Shown here one piece after another: positions 1 to 9,538 of a stretch of 64,000 nucleotides of DNA. The notes below the pieces were generated by a model, which saw only the letters and a list, made by a program, of their open reading frames with translations, did not search any database and was not told the DNA's origin. This DNA comes from Thermoplasmatota archaeon (GTDB lineage Archaea; Thermoplasmatota; Poseidoniia; Poseidoniales; Thalassarchaeaceae). A program made the position numbers and the translations under genes. Where the stretch lies: assembly GCA_036336595.1 (NCBI GenBank), contig JAYZFV010000009.1, positions 548 to 64,547 of the forward strand. Direction: 5' to 3'. How positions within the stretch are numbered: the stretch's first letter is position 1; each line of letters opens with the position of its first letter.

Positions 1-2
1 GG

Positions 3-680
3 CCCATTCTTTCGATACCGGTTCCCGGAATCGAAGACGCGACAAAGGTTGCCGTCGTTCAGAAGAAGAAGTTACACGCCGGGGCAGCAGACAACTCCCC
101 CTCACCTACTGTGCAGGACTCCACTGCCGGTCCGCCCTGGAGTATCGGAGTGTCGGGATACGCAGAGGAGGGGGATGACCAGAAGGAGACGATGAGCGGA
201 TCCTATCCTGATGTGGCGGCCGATTGGACGCAGGTGCTACCGAACCACGATGACATTGACGGATACCACGAAACCTCCGGAACCTCGTTCGCCACCCCAC
301 GAACTGCCGGGTTGCTTTCGGAGGTCCTGATGCGCTTGCGGGCAGAGTTCGGGGACGGCTCCGCTGGGGCCGACCCAGAGATCAGGGGCGGCCTTATGGT
401 GAACGGCACAAATTTCACACTCACCAATAACGACCTCAGAAATGCGCTCAACCAGTCTGGGTGGTATCCCTCATTCTCTACTTGGGACCCGCTCTCGGGG
501 ACCACTCCTGTCTCGCCAGTTGCACCTTGTACCCAAGTGGGCTGGGGGGTAGTCAACGAGAGTAACGTCCTGCCTATTGTTGAGCACCTAAATGGAACGG
601 CATCGATGGCTCAGCGACCGAGCGACGTCGTCATGTGCATGGAGGCGAACCAAGCGATTCGCGAGGCATACTGGACTTGA
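3..680 (+). CDS. Subtilisin-like serine peptidase (S8), C-terminal part; the 5' end lies upstream of the window
   Basis: The frame is open from nt 3 with no stop; listed ORF 111..680 merely begins at an internal GTG. It contains the subtilase Ser active-site signature SGTSFATPRTAG. Confidence 0.6.
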   Translation, partial: PILSIPVPGIEDATKVAVVQKKKLHAGAADNSPSPTVQDSTAGPPWSIGVSGYAEEGDDQKETMSGSYPDVAADWTQVLPNHDDIDGYHETSGTSFATPRTAGLLSEVLMRLRAEFGDGSAGADPEIRGGLMVNGTNFTLTNNDLRNALNQSGWYPSFSTWDPLSGTTPVSPVAPCTQVGWGVVNESNVLPIVEHLNGTASMAQRPSDVVMCMEANQAIREAYWT

Positions 681-722
681 CTTGTTCGACGGATTCAAAA
701 TCGTGGATGATTTGCGAGGACT

Positions 723-1370
723 ATGAGGAAGGTGCTCCTGAGGTGGAAAATCACCTCACTCGGGGGTTCCGAGGAGATCGCACGGATCATTGAAATGACC
801 GAGCGGATCGAGGTCCTCGGTCACCTATCCCTGGGGGAGCATGGCGTCACCCAACTGGTTGAGGTCAAGATGCGTGATGGGCACGAACTCCATGAGTTAT
901 CGCAACTGGATAGTTTCGAGGTGCTCGAGAAGCACGAGGAGGACGAAGACGGAATACTCGCCAGCATACTGTGCACGCACCCCCTCGCAAAGACGGCCAT
1001 AGAGCTCTCGAATATTCACGTGTACCCGCCATACGGAATTGACTCCAAACGGGGATTGGAACTTCGCATGTCAGGACTCTCAGACTCGATTCGTAGGTTC
1101 GTCGGACTGATTCGGGCCGTCATGCCCCCAGACAGCATCAGCGTTCAGACCGTCAAGTCCGGCAATGGCAATGGATGGTCCGACTTCCTCACGCCCAAGC
1201 AGAAGGAGGTCCTAGCCCTCGCTGTTCGGAGGGGCTACTACGAAGAGGGTTCGGAGGTTACCCTCAAGGACCTAGCCGATGAATTAGGAATTGCCCGGAG
1301 CACGCTCGGCGAGCATTTGAAGAGGGTCGAGGTGGGAGTCATGAAGAGAGTTGGCGAAGAGTTGGTTTGA
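723..1370 (+). CDS. HTH_10 (bacterio-opsin activator-like) archaeal transcriptional regulator
   Basis: C-terminal LTPKQKEVLALAVRRGYYEEGSEVTLKDLADELGIARSTLGEHLKRVE matches the HTH_10 pattern. ATG start. It lies directly upstream of the molybdo-enzyme cluster. Confidence 0.6.
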   Translation: MRKVLLRWKITSLGGSEEIARIIEMTERIEVLGHLSLGEHGVTQLVEVKMRDGHELHELSQLDSFEVLEKHEEDEDGILASILCTHPLAKTAIELSNIHVYPPYGIDSKRGLELRMSGLSDSIRRFVGLIRAVMPPDSISVQTVKSGNGNGWSDFLTPKQKEVLALAVRRGYYEEGSEVTLKDLADELGIARSTLGEHLKRVEVGVMKRVGEELV

Positions 1371-1428
1371 ATAATTCAACTACTCATACCGAATGCTCAA
1401 AGGATGACTCCACTTGTGTCAGTATGAC

Positions 1429-2004
1429 ATGGTGCAGTTCCGGCTTCCTATGCTTCCTCCATCTGACGAGGTGGAGTGGTTTGCGAGGGTTAACGGCATG
1501 GCCGTCTCCATGCCCATCGAGAGCAATGCCATCCTTCTGGACGTGCTCAGGGACCAGGTAGGCAGCCTCGGCACGAAGCGCGGATGCGACATGGGCACCT
1601 GCGGATGCTGCAGTGTGCTGATTGACGGGGACCCCCGGCTCTCTTGCCTTATGCTCGCTCAGGAGGCTGATGGATGCCAAATCACGACCATCGAAGGGCT
1701 AGCTGATGGGCATCACCTGCACCCCATCCAGCAGACTTTCACCGAGTGCGGCGGAAGCCAATGCGGCTTCTGCACACCCGGATTCCTAGTAGTCATCTCT
1801 GCTCTGCTAGACGGGAATCCGAGCCCGTCAGACGAGGAGATAAAGACGGCTATCGAAGGGAACCTGTGCAGATGCACCGGATACCAGCAGATTGTCGACT
1901 CGGTACGCGCTGCCTCTGACATCCTGGTCTCTGGCAGGGGTACGCCGGATGCTACCGACGCGAAGAGTGACCCACATCCGGGCTACGATGGGGGCCCTAG
2001 GTGA
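1429..2004 (+). CDS. [2Fe-2S]-binding small subunit of a xanthine dehydrogenase/aldehyde oxidase/CODH-family molybdoenzyme
   Basis: Two 2Fe-2S Cys motifs: GCDMGTCGCCSV and CGFCTPGF...NLCRCTGY. The ORF-track start at 1414 is TTG; in-frame ATGs occur at 1429 and 1450. Confidence 0.9.
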   Translation: MVQFRLPMLPPSDEVEWFARVNGMAVSMPIESNAILLDVLRDQVGSLGTKRGCDMGTCGCCSVLIDGDPRLSCLMLAQEADGCQITTIEGLADGHHLHPIQQTFTECGGSQCGFCTPGFLVVISALLDGNPSPSDEEIKTAIEGNLCRCTGYQQIVDSVRAASDILVSGRGTPDATDAKSDPHPGYDGGPR

Positions 2005-2010
2005 TTCAAA

Positions 2011-4770
2011 ATGGCCGATGAGAAGGACAAGGTTGTCGGATACAGGCAGCAGAGTGGCAAGCTACCATTCCCTAGACCCGGTTCGGGAGGCAGTCGCGAG
2101 ATAAGCGAACCGCGTGACGAGGACGGCATCGCCGAAAGCAAGGGTTCGGGGAGGCACAAGCACGACGACCTGCTTACCGGTTCGGCAATCGGCAAGACCA
2201 CCGCACTGGTCGACGGCAGATGGAAGGTCACCGGGCAGGCTCAGTACGGAGACGACGTTCGCCTGCCAGGAGAGCTAATTGGCAAGATTGTTCGCTCCAG
2301 GCACCACTACGCCAGGGTCCTATCCATCGACGTGACTGGAGCGCTGGATTTGCCAGGAGTGGTCGCAATCGCAACCGGACAGGATGCAAGTGGCAGATTC
2401 GGAGTCCTACCCGTCACCAAGGACGAGAACGCCATGGCGCGTGACAAGGTCCGCCACATCGGTGACCCGGTTGCATGTGTAGCTGCTGTCGACGAGGCGA
2501 CCGCCAGAGAGGCGATCCGCCTGATTGAGATCGAATATGAGGAGTTGGACGCGGTCCACGACATGCGAAGGGGGCTGGATGACGCTGACGAGCCAATCCA
2601 CGACAGGGGCAAGTACCACATTGGCTCCTCGAACGTCCAGAAGAGGGTTTTCCAGGAGTTCGGCGACATCGCCGGTATGACGGAGAACGCAGTGGCAAGC
2701 CACAAGTCAAACTGGCTATTCGCTGGCGCCAATCATGGATTCACCGAGCCGCATGCGGTAGTCGCCCATTGGGACCCTTCTGGTAGATTGACCCTATACA
2801 CGCCTCAGCAGGTTCCCCACTACGTCCACCGAGCTCTGGCCGACGTGCTGGAGATCCCAATGCACCAAATCAATGTCCATCGCACCTTCGTTGGGGGTGG
2901 TTTCGGAGGCAAGTCTGACCCATTCCCGCATGAGATGTGCGCCGCTATACTAGCACGCAAGGCCGGGCGACCGGTACGGATCAACTTCGACCGGGAGGAG
3001 GTCTTCTGGGTCAATCGCGGTCGTCATCCCTCTAGAATAGAAATGAACCTGCATGCCGACTCCAAAGGCAGGCTGTGCGGAATCGAGACCGATGCCCTGA
3101 TCGATGGGGGTGCCTTCGCCTCGTTCGGCCATGTCACGACTTACTACAACGGGGTCCTGCACACCGCACCCTACGAGATTGGCGCCTTCCACTACACCGG
3201 AGCGAGGGTGTGGACTAACAAGCCCGCCAGTGGAGCCATGCGAGGCCACGGGGCTGTCAACTCGCGCTGCGCCGTCGAGGTTGGCATGGACGATCTGGCT
3301 GAGCAACTCGGGGTCGACCCGATCACACTCAGACTCGCCAACCTGCTGCCTCCGCACTCTGCCACGATCACCGGTTTCAGAGTCACCAGTATAGGCTTGC
3401 GAGAGTGTCTCGAGCGAGTCAGGGAGGCATCGGGCTGGGACGAGAAGTTCCGCAAACTGCCTGACGGCCACGGGATGGGCATCGGATGCGGCTTCTTCAT
3501 CTCCGGAAGCGGGCTTCCGATTCACTGGGAGCCCAACAAATTCCCTCACGCCACCGTGCACCTCAAGGTCGATATGGACGGCGGAGTTACCGTCCACACC
3601 GGCGCGGCTGAAATAGGGCAGGGCTCCGACACTGTCGTCGCCCAATCGGTAGCCGAGGTCCTCGGACTACCCCTTGATATGATTAGGATCAGAAGCAGGG
3701 AAACCGACACCGCTCCCGTCGATCTGGGGTCGTACTCGTCTCGTGTCACTTTCATGAACGCCAATGCCGCCATCTCCGCGGCGATGGTGATTCGCCAAGA
3801 GCTGCTAGACGCAACTGCCGAGGTTACCGGCTCGCCGGTCGAAAAACTGGTGATGGGCGACAGGCGCATCTATCGCAAGGACGACCCCGCGGTCGGTGTT
3901 TCCTACCTCGAGGCGCTGCACAAGGCGCAGGAAGATACGGGGGCTCTGATCTCATCCGGCGCCTACCGGACCCGCCCTATGGGGCGCGTCCACAAGGGAG
4001 CAGGGGCGGGAATTGCCCCGGCCTACTCCTTCTCGGCTTATGTTGCTGAGGTCAAGGTAGACGTCGAGACGGGTCAGACCCGGGTGCTGAAAGTGTGGGC
4101 CGCCCATGATTGTGGCAAGGCACTCAATCCCCTAGCAGTGAAGGGTCAGATGATTGGGTCGTGCCACATGGGTTTGGGACAGGTTCTCAGTGAGGAGATG
4201 CGCTACGGCAGGAACGGGCACCTCCTAAACCTAGACCTGCTCGATTACAAGATCCCCACAGTCCACGAGATGCCAGAAATCGTTCCCATCATCGTCGAGT
4301 CGAACGACTCGGAAGGCCCATTCGGGGCCAAGGAGGCAGGAGAGGGGCCGCTGCTCCCCATTCTCCCAGCAGTCTGCAACGCTGTCTACGACGCTGTTGG
4401 CATCCGCACGAGCGAGCTGCCGATAACTCCCGACAGGATGTACAGGATGATCGAGGCGAGGTGCAAAGAAGAGGGCGTCTCCGGCCCACTGGACCTGGCT
4501 TCTCCTAGGCTGGAGCACTCGGACCTGCAAGGCGCTCTTGAGGCCCGTGCCACCGACCACGCCAAGCGCGACCACGCGCGCAGCACTGACCCGGACCCTC
4601 CCGACTACAATAACGGGGCGTTGTTCGGGTTCGACCCTGAAATTCCGGCCGACGAGCAGGACGAGCGCTGGGTAGTCAGCGTGACTCCGAGCGCAGAGTA
4701 CGTCGACAGCCCCCGTCTGGCCGGCAGCGCGTGGAAGCACACCGAGCGACGGCACGAGGGGGGTTCCTAA
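2011..4770 (+). CDS. Molybdopterin-binding large subunit of a xanthine dehydrogenase/aldehyde oxidase family enzyme, not a true CO dehydrogenase
   Basis: Family motifs GGGFGGK and GAMRGHG, with family-typical length and order. It has about 60 extra N-terminal and about 110 extra C-terminal low-complexity residues. The CoxL VAYRCSFR loop is absent. Confidence 0.9.
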   Translation: MADEKDKVVGYRQQSGKLPFPRPGSGGSREISEPRDEDGIAESKGSGRHKHDDLLTGSAIGKTTALVDGRWKVTGQAQYGDDVRLPGELIGKIVRSRHHYARVLSIDVTGALDLPGVVAIATGQDASGRFGVLPVTKDENAMARDKVRHIGDPVACVAAVDEATAREAIRLIEIEYEELDAVHDMRRGLDDADEPIHDRGKYHIGSSNVQKRVFQEFGDIAGMTENAVASHKSNWLFAGANHGFTEPHAVVAHWDPSGRLTLYTPQQVPHYVHRALADVLEIPMHQINVHRTFVGGGFGGKSDPFPHEMCAAILARKAGRPVRINFDREEVFWVNRGRHPSRIEMNLHADSKGRLCGIETDALIDGGAFASFGHVTTYYNGVLHTAPYEIGAFHYTGARVWTNKPASGAMRGHGAVNSRCAVEVGMDDLAEQLGVDPITLRLANLLPPHSATITGFRVTSIGLRECLERVREASGWDEKFRKLPDGHGMGIGCGFFISGSGLPIHWEPNKFPHATVHLKVDMDGGVTVHTGAAEIGQGSDTVVAQSVAEVLGLPLDMIRIRSRETDTAPVDLGSYSSRVTFMNANAAISAAMVIRQELLDATAEVTGSPVEKLVMGDRRIYRKDDPAVGVSYLEALHKAQEDTGALISSGAYRTRPMGRVHKGAGAGIAPAYSFSAYVAEVKVDVETGQTRVLKVWAAHDCGKALNPLAVKGQMIGSCHMGLGQVLSEEMRYGRNGHLLNLDLLDYKIPTVHEMPEIVPIIVESNDSEGPFGAKEAGEGPLLPILPAVCNAVYDAVGIRTSELPITPDRMYRMIEARCKEEGVSGPLDLASPRLEHSDLQGALEARATDHAKRDHARSTDPDPPDYNNGALFGFDPEIPADEQDERWVVSVTPSAEYVDSPRLAGSAWKHTERRHEGGS

Positions 4771-5750
4771 TGCGAATGCCGCCGTTCTCGCTGCACACTC
4801 CCGACTCCTTGGACGAAGCGCTGTCGATATCTGGTGTGCTCGCTGACTCCGGCCAAGAGTTCGACTGGGTTGCAGGGGGCACCGACTTGCTGCCCAACTA
4901 CAAGTGGCACCTAAACTCCAAACCGCACGTCATCTCACTGGCAAGAGTCTCGGAGCTCTCAGAAATCTCCGAAACTCACATCGGAGCCATGGTCAGGCTC
5001 CAGGATCTGGTAGAGTCTGATTCCGTGCATCCGTTGATTTCCAAGGTTTCGAGCATGATCGCGAGCGTGATGCTACGGCGCTCTGGAACAGTTGGGGGCA
5101 ACATCTGTTTGGATACAAGGTGCTTCTGGTTCAACCAGTCGGAGGAGTGGCGCGAGTCAATCGAGTGGTGCTACAAGTGCGATTGCGGGACTGGAGCCGA
5201 CTGCAGGGTCATCCCCAACCAGAACACTCTTTGTGTCGCCACCTACCAAGCCGACCTCGCTCCAGCGCTAATGTGCCTCGGTGCGTCAATACATCTCGCC
5301 TCGTCTGAGGGGGCTCGCTCGATGTCGCTGCCAGAGTTCTTCCAAGAGGATGGGATAACTAGAAACGTCCTCGAGCCCGGTGAGCTCGTCACCCACCTAA
5401 CGCTGCCAGTAGACGCACCTGATTGGGTTGGGGACTACCAGAAGCTCAGACAGCGTGAGGCTTGGGACTTCCCCGAAGCCGGTGTAGTGGTTGCATGGAA
5501 GAAAGGAAAAGGAGCGCCTTCGGACCTGAGAGTAGCCACCACAGGGTTGGGGTCCATTCCTAGTTTGCACCAGGACGAAGCCTCCGCTGCATTGGCTGAT
5601 TGGGGGGGCGAGGTCAGCATTGAAGCCTTGGCAGAGTCCATCCGAAAGGCGGTAAACCCTGTTCTGAATACTTGGTTTCCCCCGTCTTACAGACGAAAGA
5701 TGGTCAAGGTCTTAACAAAGCGAGCGAGCAGGGGCCTAATGGTGAGGTAG
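4770..5750 (+). CDS. FAD-binding medium subunit of the molybdoenzyme, carrying a Cys-rich insertion
   Basis: FAD-binding (CoxM/HcrB-like) fold motifs such as AGGTDLLP. The ATG at 4770 overlaps the TAA of the large subunit (TAATG). Seven Cys fall within codons encoded at 5106-5234. Confidence 0.85.
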   Translation: MRMPPFSLHTPDSLDEALSISGVLADSGQEFDWVAGGTDLLPNYKWHLNSKPHVISLARVSELSEISETHIGAMVRLQDLVESDSVHPLISKVSSMIASVMLRRSGTVGGNICLDTRCFWFNQSEEWRESIEWCYKCDCGTGADCRVIPNQNTLCVATYQADLAPALMCLGASIHLASSEGARSMSLPEFFQEDGITRNVLEPGELVTHLTLPVDAPDWVGDYQKLRQREAWDFPEAGVVVAWKKGKGAPSDLRVATTGLGSIPSLHQDEASAALADWGGEVSIEALAESIRKAVNPVLNTWFPPSYRRKMVKVLTKRASRGLMVR

Positions 5751-6697
5751 TGGAGCGAAACGTGCGCTCGCTGTTGCTTTCAGTAATTTTACTGGCCATT
5801 ATGGCACCAGCGAGCCCTCTAATGGCACAGAATCTCGACGCCTGGGATCTCGGGATAATGTACCCAGGGGAAGATTCGGAAACTCCTTTCGAAATTTCGA
5901 GGGATGGTGCCGTTAGGATAGAGTTCTTTGTAGAGAACTCCGGATTCGTGGAAATAGAATTGGAATTTGGTTACGATATACCATTTGGCGGCGAGCACGA
6001 TGCACCCGATAGCGCGACCGTCGCTGCAGGGTCGAACGAGACGTTTGACCTGAAAGTCATCGGCATCGACGTGTTCAACTTAGAAGCGAGGCAGGAGGAC
6101 TCGTTCTCCATAACAGCGACGGTCATAGCACGACAGGGAGTCCCGGACCCTCTCAATACCCAGCAGAGCGAGGAAGGAGCCCTCATTATCCCCACGATCC
6201 ATGACTTGAGCGTTGACGTCTCTGACCCGCTGGGTTCCATGAACGCCGGTACAGATATCATCCTCAGGGTGTCCGTCACAAACACCGGAAACGTACAGGA
6301 CAAAGTGGGGGACATCGAAGTCTCTGACGACTGTCCCCTGCTCACCACCGATAACGGGCTCGACGCCCTTATGATAGACAACATTGGCCCGGGCAAGACC
6401 AAGCAGGCTGACCTCAAAGCCACAGCATCCGAGAGCCACCCCAAGCGGCATTGCGACATCACGGTGACAGTGGCCTCTAACGGAGCCATGAACTCTGGCG
6501 AGTCGGTCGTAGTAAGCGACGAGGTGAGGGTCTCTGTGGAGCCCCCCCTCAAGGAGTCAGAGGGAGATGGCGATGCTGGGGAACCCGATGACCCGATGGA
6601 AGTTGTAAGTTCTAACCTACCAGCTCCTGGCGTGCTAATTCTAATCCTAAGTATCATCGCTGCTTTACCACAAGCCTCCAAGCGGCGACTAAGTTAG
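5750..6697 (+). CDS. Secreted or anchored surface protein with CARDB-like beta-domains and a C-terminal LPAPG-hydrophobic-KRR tail
   Basis: Signal peptide LLLSVILLAIMAPASPLMAQ. CARDB-like segment SVDVSDPLGSMNAGTDIILRVSVTNTGN. C-terminus LPAPGVLILILSIIAALPQASKRRLS. Start is GTG at 5750 or 5762 (uncertain). Confidence 0.55.
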   Translation: MERNVRSLLLSVILLAIMAPASPLMAQNLDAWDLGIMYPGEDSETPFEISRDGAVRIEFFVENSGFVEIELEFGYDIPFGGEHDAPDSATVAAGSNETFDLKVIGIDVFNLEARQEDSFSITATVIARQGVPDPLNTQQSEEGALIIPTIHDLSVDVSDPLGSMNAGTDIILRVSVTNTGNVQDKVGDIEVSDDCPLLTTDNGLDALMIDNIGPGKTKQADLKATASESHPKRHCDITVTVASNGAMNSGESVVVSDEVRVSVEPPLKESEGDGDAGEPDDPMEVVSSNLPAPGVLILILSIIAALPQASKRRLS

Positions 6698-6832
6698 TGA
6701 ATTCAAGTGACCACGCGTTGCTTAGGGTTCATGGTGACGAACTTTGCTCAGCAACATATAACCGTGATTCGTTGGTCGCAACCAACGCTGTTGGGTGAGT
6801 TTTCACGCTCGCTAGGTTGGATTTGACTCACT

Positions 6833-8443
6833 ATGCCTGAAAACGAGGACGAGGATAGTAGGTTCAACACCTACGTAATCTCATCCCTAGCTGTGACTTC
6901 AGCGCTGTTGCTCCTGCTTCCAATGGCCTTCGTCATCGGCAAGGACACCGCCTACTCTGCCTACGAAGAGGATGATTTCTACCAGCTATCCGACATGAGG
7001 TACACGTTCTCGAACGAAGAGCGCTACTTCGTGGCGAACACAATGTCCACACCGATGTTGGTTAACGACTGGAAAGACCCACATAGGACACTGCTTGCAA
7101 TCATAGGACCAGAGAAACCCATCGACGACACTGAGGCCAATGAGATCTACAAGTTCGTCACCGAGCGTGGCGGCAAGGTCATCGTGGCTGCTGACAACAC
7201 CAACGCAAACAGACTCGCCAGCATGTTCGGAATCACGTTCTTCAACTCCCCGATGCTGGACGAGAAGCAGCACTGGGTGGTTCATGACCAACAAGGTCAG
7301 GCGTCCGCAATCTCTTGGAAGAACGTCTGGAGTGCCTCATCAGTCAGGCAAGACGTGGAACGGATGTCGCCCGGCGCGTTGATGCAGGGCTGCACCACCT
7401 TCCAAATCGAGAACTATGTCCCGACAGACTGTCGTATACCACTAATGTTCAGGTCCCCAACGGGTCTTAAGTTCGAGCCGCTGCTCCGCGACGCCGAGGA
7501 CCCAAGTCACCGCAAGATCATGACCTTGGCCAAGGCGTCACCATCTGCGTTCATCGATATCGAGGGTAATGGCGATCCCACGGACCTCAGAAACCCGGCC
7601 CCCGGTGACCTGAAACTGGTAATGAGGTTCGACTACCCCGGAATCGAAGTCTTTGACGAGTTGCCGGCAGAGAGCAGGGGCGCGCTCTCATCCGGAGTAG
7701 GGGAACTAGAAGTCACTGGCAGCATAGTCTTCGTCGCCGACGAGGAGGCCTTCTCGAACCTCCTGTGGGAGCTCGGTGTTGCCGAGGGCGAAGGGCTTAG
7801 CAAGGATTGCAAATCCGTAGGAGACTATACCCTGAACAACTGCTGGACTAGGGAAATCCTGAACAACAACGAGTGGGACGGTAATCAGAGGTACTTCAGA
7901 CTCCTAGTCCATGACATGATGGAGTTCGACAACGTCAACCTCTCTGCTCAGATAAGGCAGGGCGATTCCACAGGTGACAAGTCGAACTTCCAAATCGTTT
8001 TCGACGAGAGCCGCCATGTTACGGGGGTGGTCTCGGCACCCTTCGTTGAGACCATGGGCACGGTAGTGCTTTTGACATCGAATGAATTCCTAAAGTGGCT
8101 TGTCGTTCTCAATGTGGGCCTCCTACTCCTCGTGGCGATGATGGTGGTGCCGGAGAAGGAGAACTGGAGGCATGTTTTCGACCTGACTCGATTCAACCAG
8201 AGACCAAACAAGCTTGACCCCAGCGGTTATCGCAAACGCGTGCAACAGGCCCTTTTCACCAAGATCAGGGTCCAAAACGACCTTACTCGTGATGAGATGG
8301 CAGCGAAGCCGCCACCTGAGATTCAGGCGTTGATCGGAGATCCTCGCCTCGTGGAATTGGCTTATAGCCAAAGCCGCACGTACTCGCCCCAAGAGTTGCG
8401 CAAGCTCATGCAGGCCATCAGGCGTTGGGGAAAGGATAACTGA
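6833..8443 (+). CDS. Bitopic membrane protein, DUF4350-like; first gene of the MoxR module
   Basis: N-terminal and C-terminal TM helices flank a large external domain (GGKVIVAADNTNANRLASMFGITF). It ends 11 nt before the MoxR gene. Confidence 0.5.
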   Translation: MPENEDEDSRFNTYVISSLAVTSALLLLLPMAFVIGKDTAYSAYEEDDFYQLSDMRYTFSNEERYFVANTMSTPMLVNDWKDPHRTLLAIIGPEKPIDDTEANEIYKFVTERGGKVIVAADNTNANRLASMFGITFFNSPMLDEKQHWVVHDQQGQASAISWKNVWSASSVRQDVERMSPGALMQGCTTFQIENYVPTDCRIPLMFRSPTGLKFEPLLRDAEDPSHRKIMTLAKASPSAFIDIEGNGDPTDLRNPAPGDLKLVMRFDYPGIEVFDELPAESRGALSSGVGELEVTGSIVFVADEEAFSNLLWELGVAEGEGLSKDCKSVGDYTLNNCWTREILNNNEWDGNQRYFRLLVHDMMEFDNVNLSAQIRQGDSTGDKSNFQIVFDESRHVTGVVSAPFVETMGTVVLLTSNEFLKWLVVLNVGLLLLVAMMVVPEKENWRHVFDLTRFNQRPNKLDPSGYRKRVQQALFTKIRVQNDLTRDEMAAKPPPEIQALIGDPRLVELAYSQSRTYSPQELRKLMQAIRRWGKDN

Positions 8444-8454
8444 ACAATGGAGAG

Positions 8455-9513
8455 ATGAAAATGAATGCAACACAACCAGCAGGAAAGCAAGCACCGACTA
8501 CAGATAGCCACGACAGCGCGCTCGCGAAAAAGGCCGAGGCTGCTCGTGGAACGAGCAAGATGAATGAGGTACTATCCGCCACCGGAGCGATGGGGCAGGC
8601 GATCAGCAGCGAGGTCCAGAAGGTCATCGTTGGCAAGGAACACGTCATCGACAACGTCATGGTGGACATCCTCTCTAATGGGAACCTCCTGTTCGAAGAC
8701 TTTCCCGGACTCGCCAAGACCCTAATGACGAACACCTTTGCCGACGCGCTCGGGTGCGACTTCAAGCGTGTTCAATTCACCCCTGACCTGCTTCCCGCTG
8801 ACATCACGGGAACGAACATCTACGACGCCAAGAAGGGGGAGTTCTCATTCAAGCCGGGGCCCATCTTCTGCAACCTGCTGCTCTCTGACGAGATCAACAG
8901 AGCGCCGCCAAAGACGCAGGCTGCCCTTCTCGAGGCCATGCAGGAGCTGCAAGTCACTGTCGGCGTAGTTACTCACAAACTGCCGGCGCCGTTCCTGACC
9001 ATGGCAACCCAGAACCCCGTCGAGCAGGAAGGCACCTACCCTCTACCTGAGGCCCAACTCGACCGCTTCATGATGAAGATGATGGTCGGATACCCGGACA
9101 GGGCGGACGAGGACGAAATCCTCCAGCGCAGAATCGCCAGGAAGAAGGACGAGGTCGAGGTGAGCACCATCACCGAGGCAAGCATCGTCGTGAAGATGCA
9201 ACAGTCCTGCGAGGAAGTCTACGTCGACCCCGCAATTAGGATGTACATGGTCGAGATCGTCGCGAGGACCAGAGAGGACCCGCGTGTTCTGGTAGGCTCC
9301 TCTCCTCGTGGTTCGCAGGCGCTCCTGAAGACCGGTCGAGCCGCCGCGGCGATGCGAGGTCGAGACTTCGTTACGCCAGATGACGTGAAGTCCATCGCAG
9401 AACTTGCTGTGGCTCACCGACTGATACTGAAGCCCGAGCACCAGATCAAGGGGCTCGAGAGTAGCAAGGTCATACAGGAGATACTACGTCAGGTCCCCGT
9501 CCCGACGGTCTGA
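8455..9513 (+). CDS. MoxR-family AAA+ ATPase
   Basis: VIVGKEHVIDNVMVDILSNGNLLFEDFPGLAKT (Walker A region) and LLLSDEINRAPPKTQAALLEAMQE (Walker B/sensor) are typical of the AAA_3/MoxR family. Confidence 0.9.
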   Translation: MKMNATQPAGKQAPTTDSHDSALAKKAEAARGTSKMNEVLSATGAMGQAISSEVQKVIVGKEHVIDNVMVDILSNGNLLFEDFPGLAKTLMTNTFADALGCDFKRVQFTPDLLPADITGTNIYDAKKGEFSFKPGPIFCNLLLSDEINRAPPKTQAALLEAMQELQVTVGVVTHKLPAPFLTMATQNPVEQEGTYPLPEAQLDRFMMKMMVGYPDRADEDEILQRRIARKKDEVEVSTITEASIVVKMQQSCEEVYVDPAIRMYMVEIVARTREDPRVLVGSSPRGSQALLKTGRAAAAMRGRDFVTPDDVKSIAELAVAHRLILKPEHQIKGLESSKVIQEILRQVPVPTV

Positions 9514-9538
9514 GGAATCCACTCGGGAGTAGGGAGCA

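Noticed and set aside
2011-4770. Aerobic CO dehydrogenase (CoxL) assignment for the molybdoenzyme large subunit
   Set aside because: The CODH active-site loop (VAYRCSFR in form I) is absent and the equivalent region reads GAMRGHG. The enzyme belongs to the wider XDH/aldehyde oxidoreductase/HCR family and its substrate is unknown.
6770-6787. 7-bp stem hairpin CGTTGGT-CGCA-ACCAACG upstream of the MoxR module
   Set aside because: It is weak and isolated, with no T-tract or conserved-motif context, so it is not distinguishable from chance.
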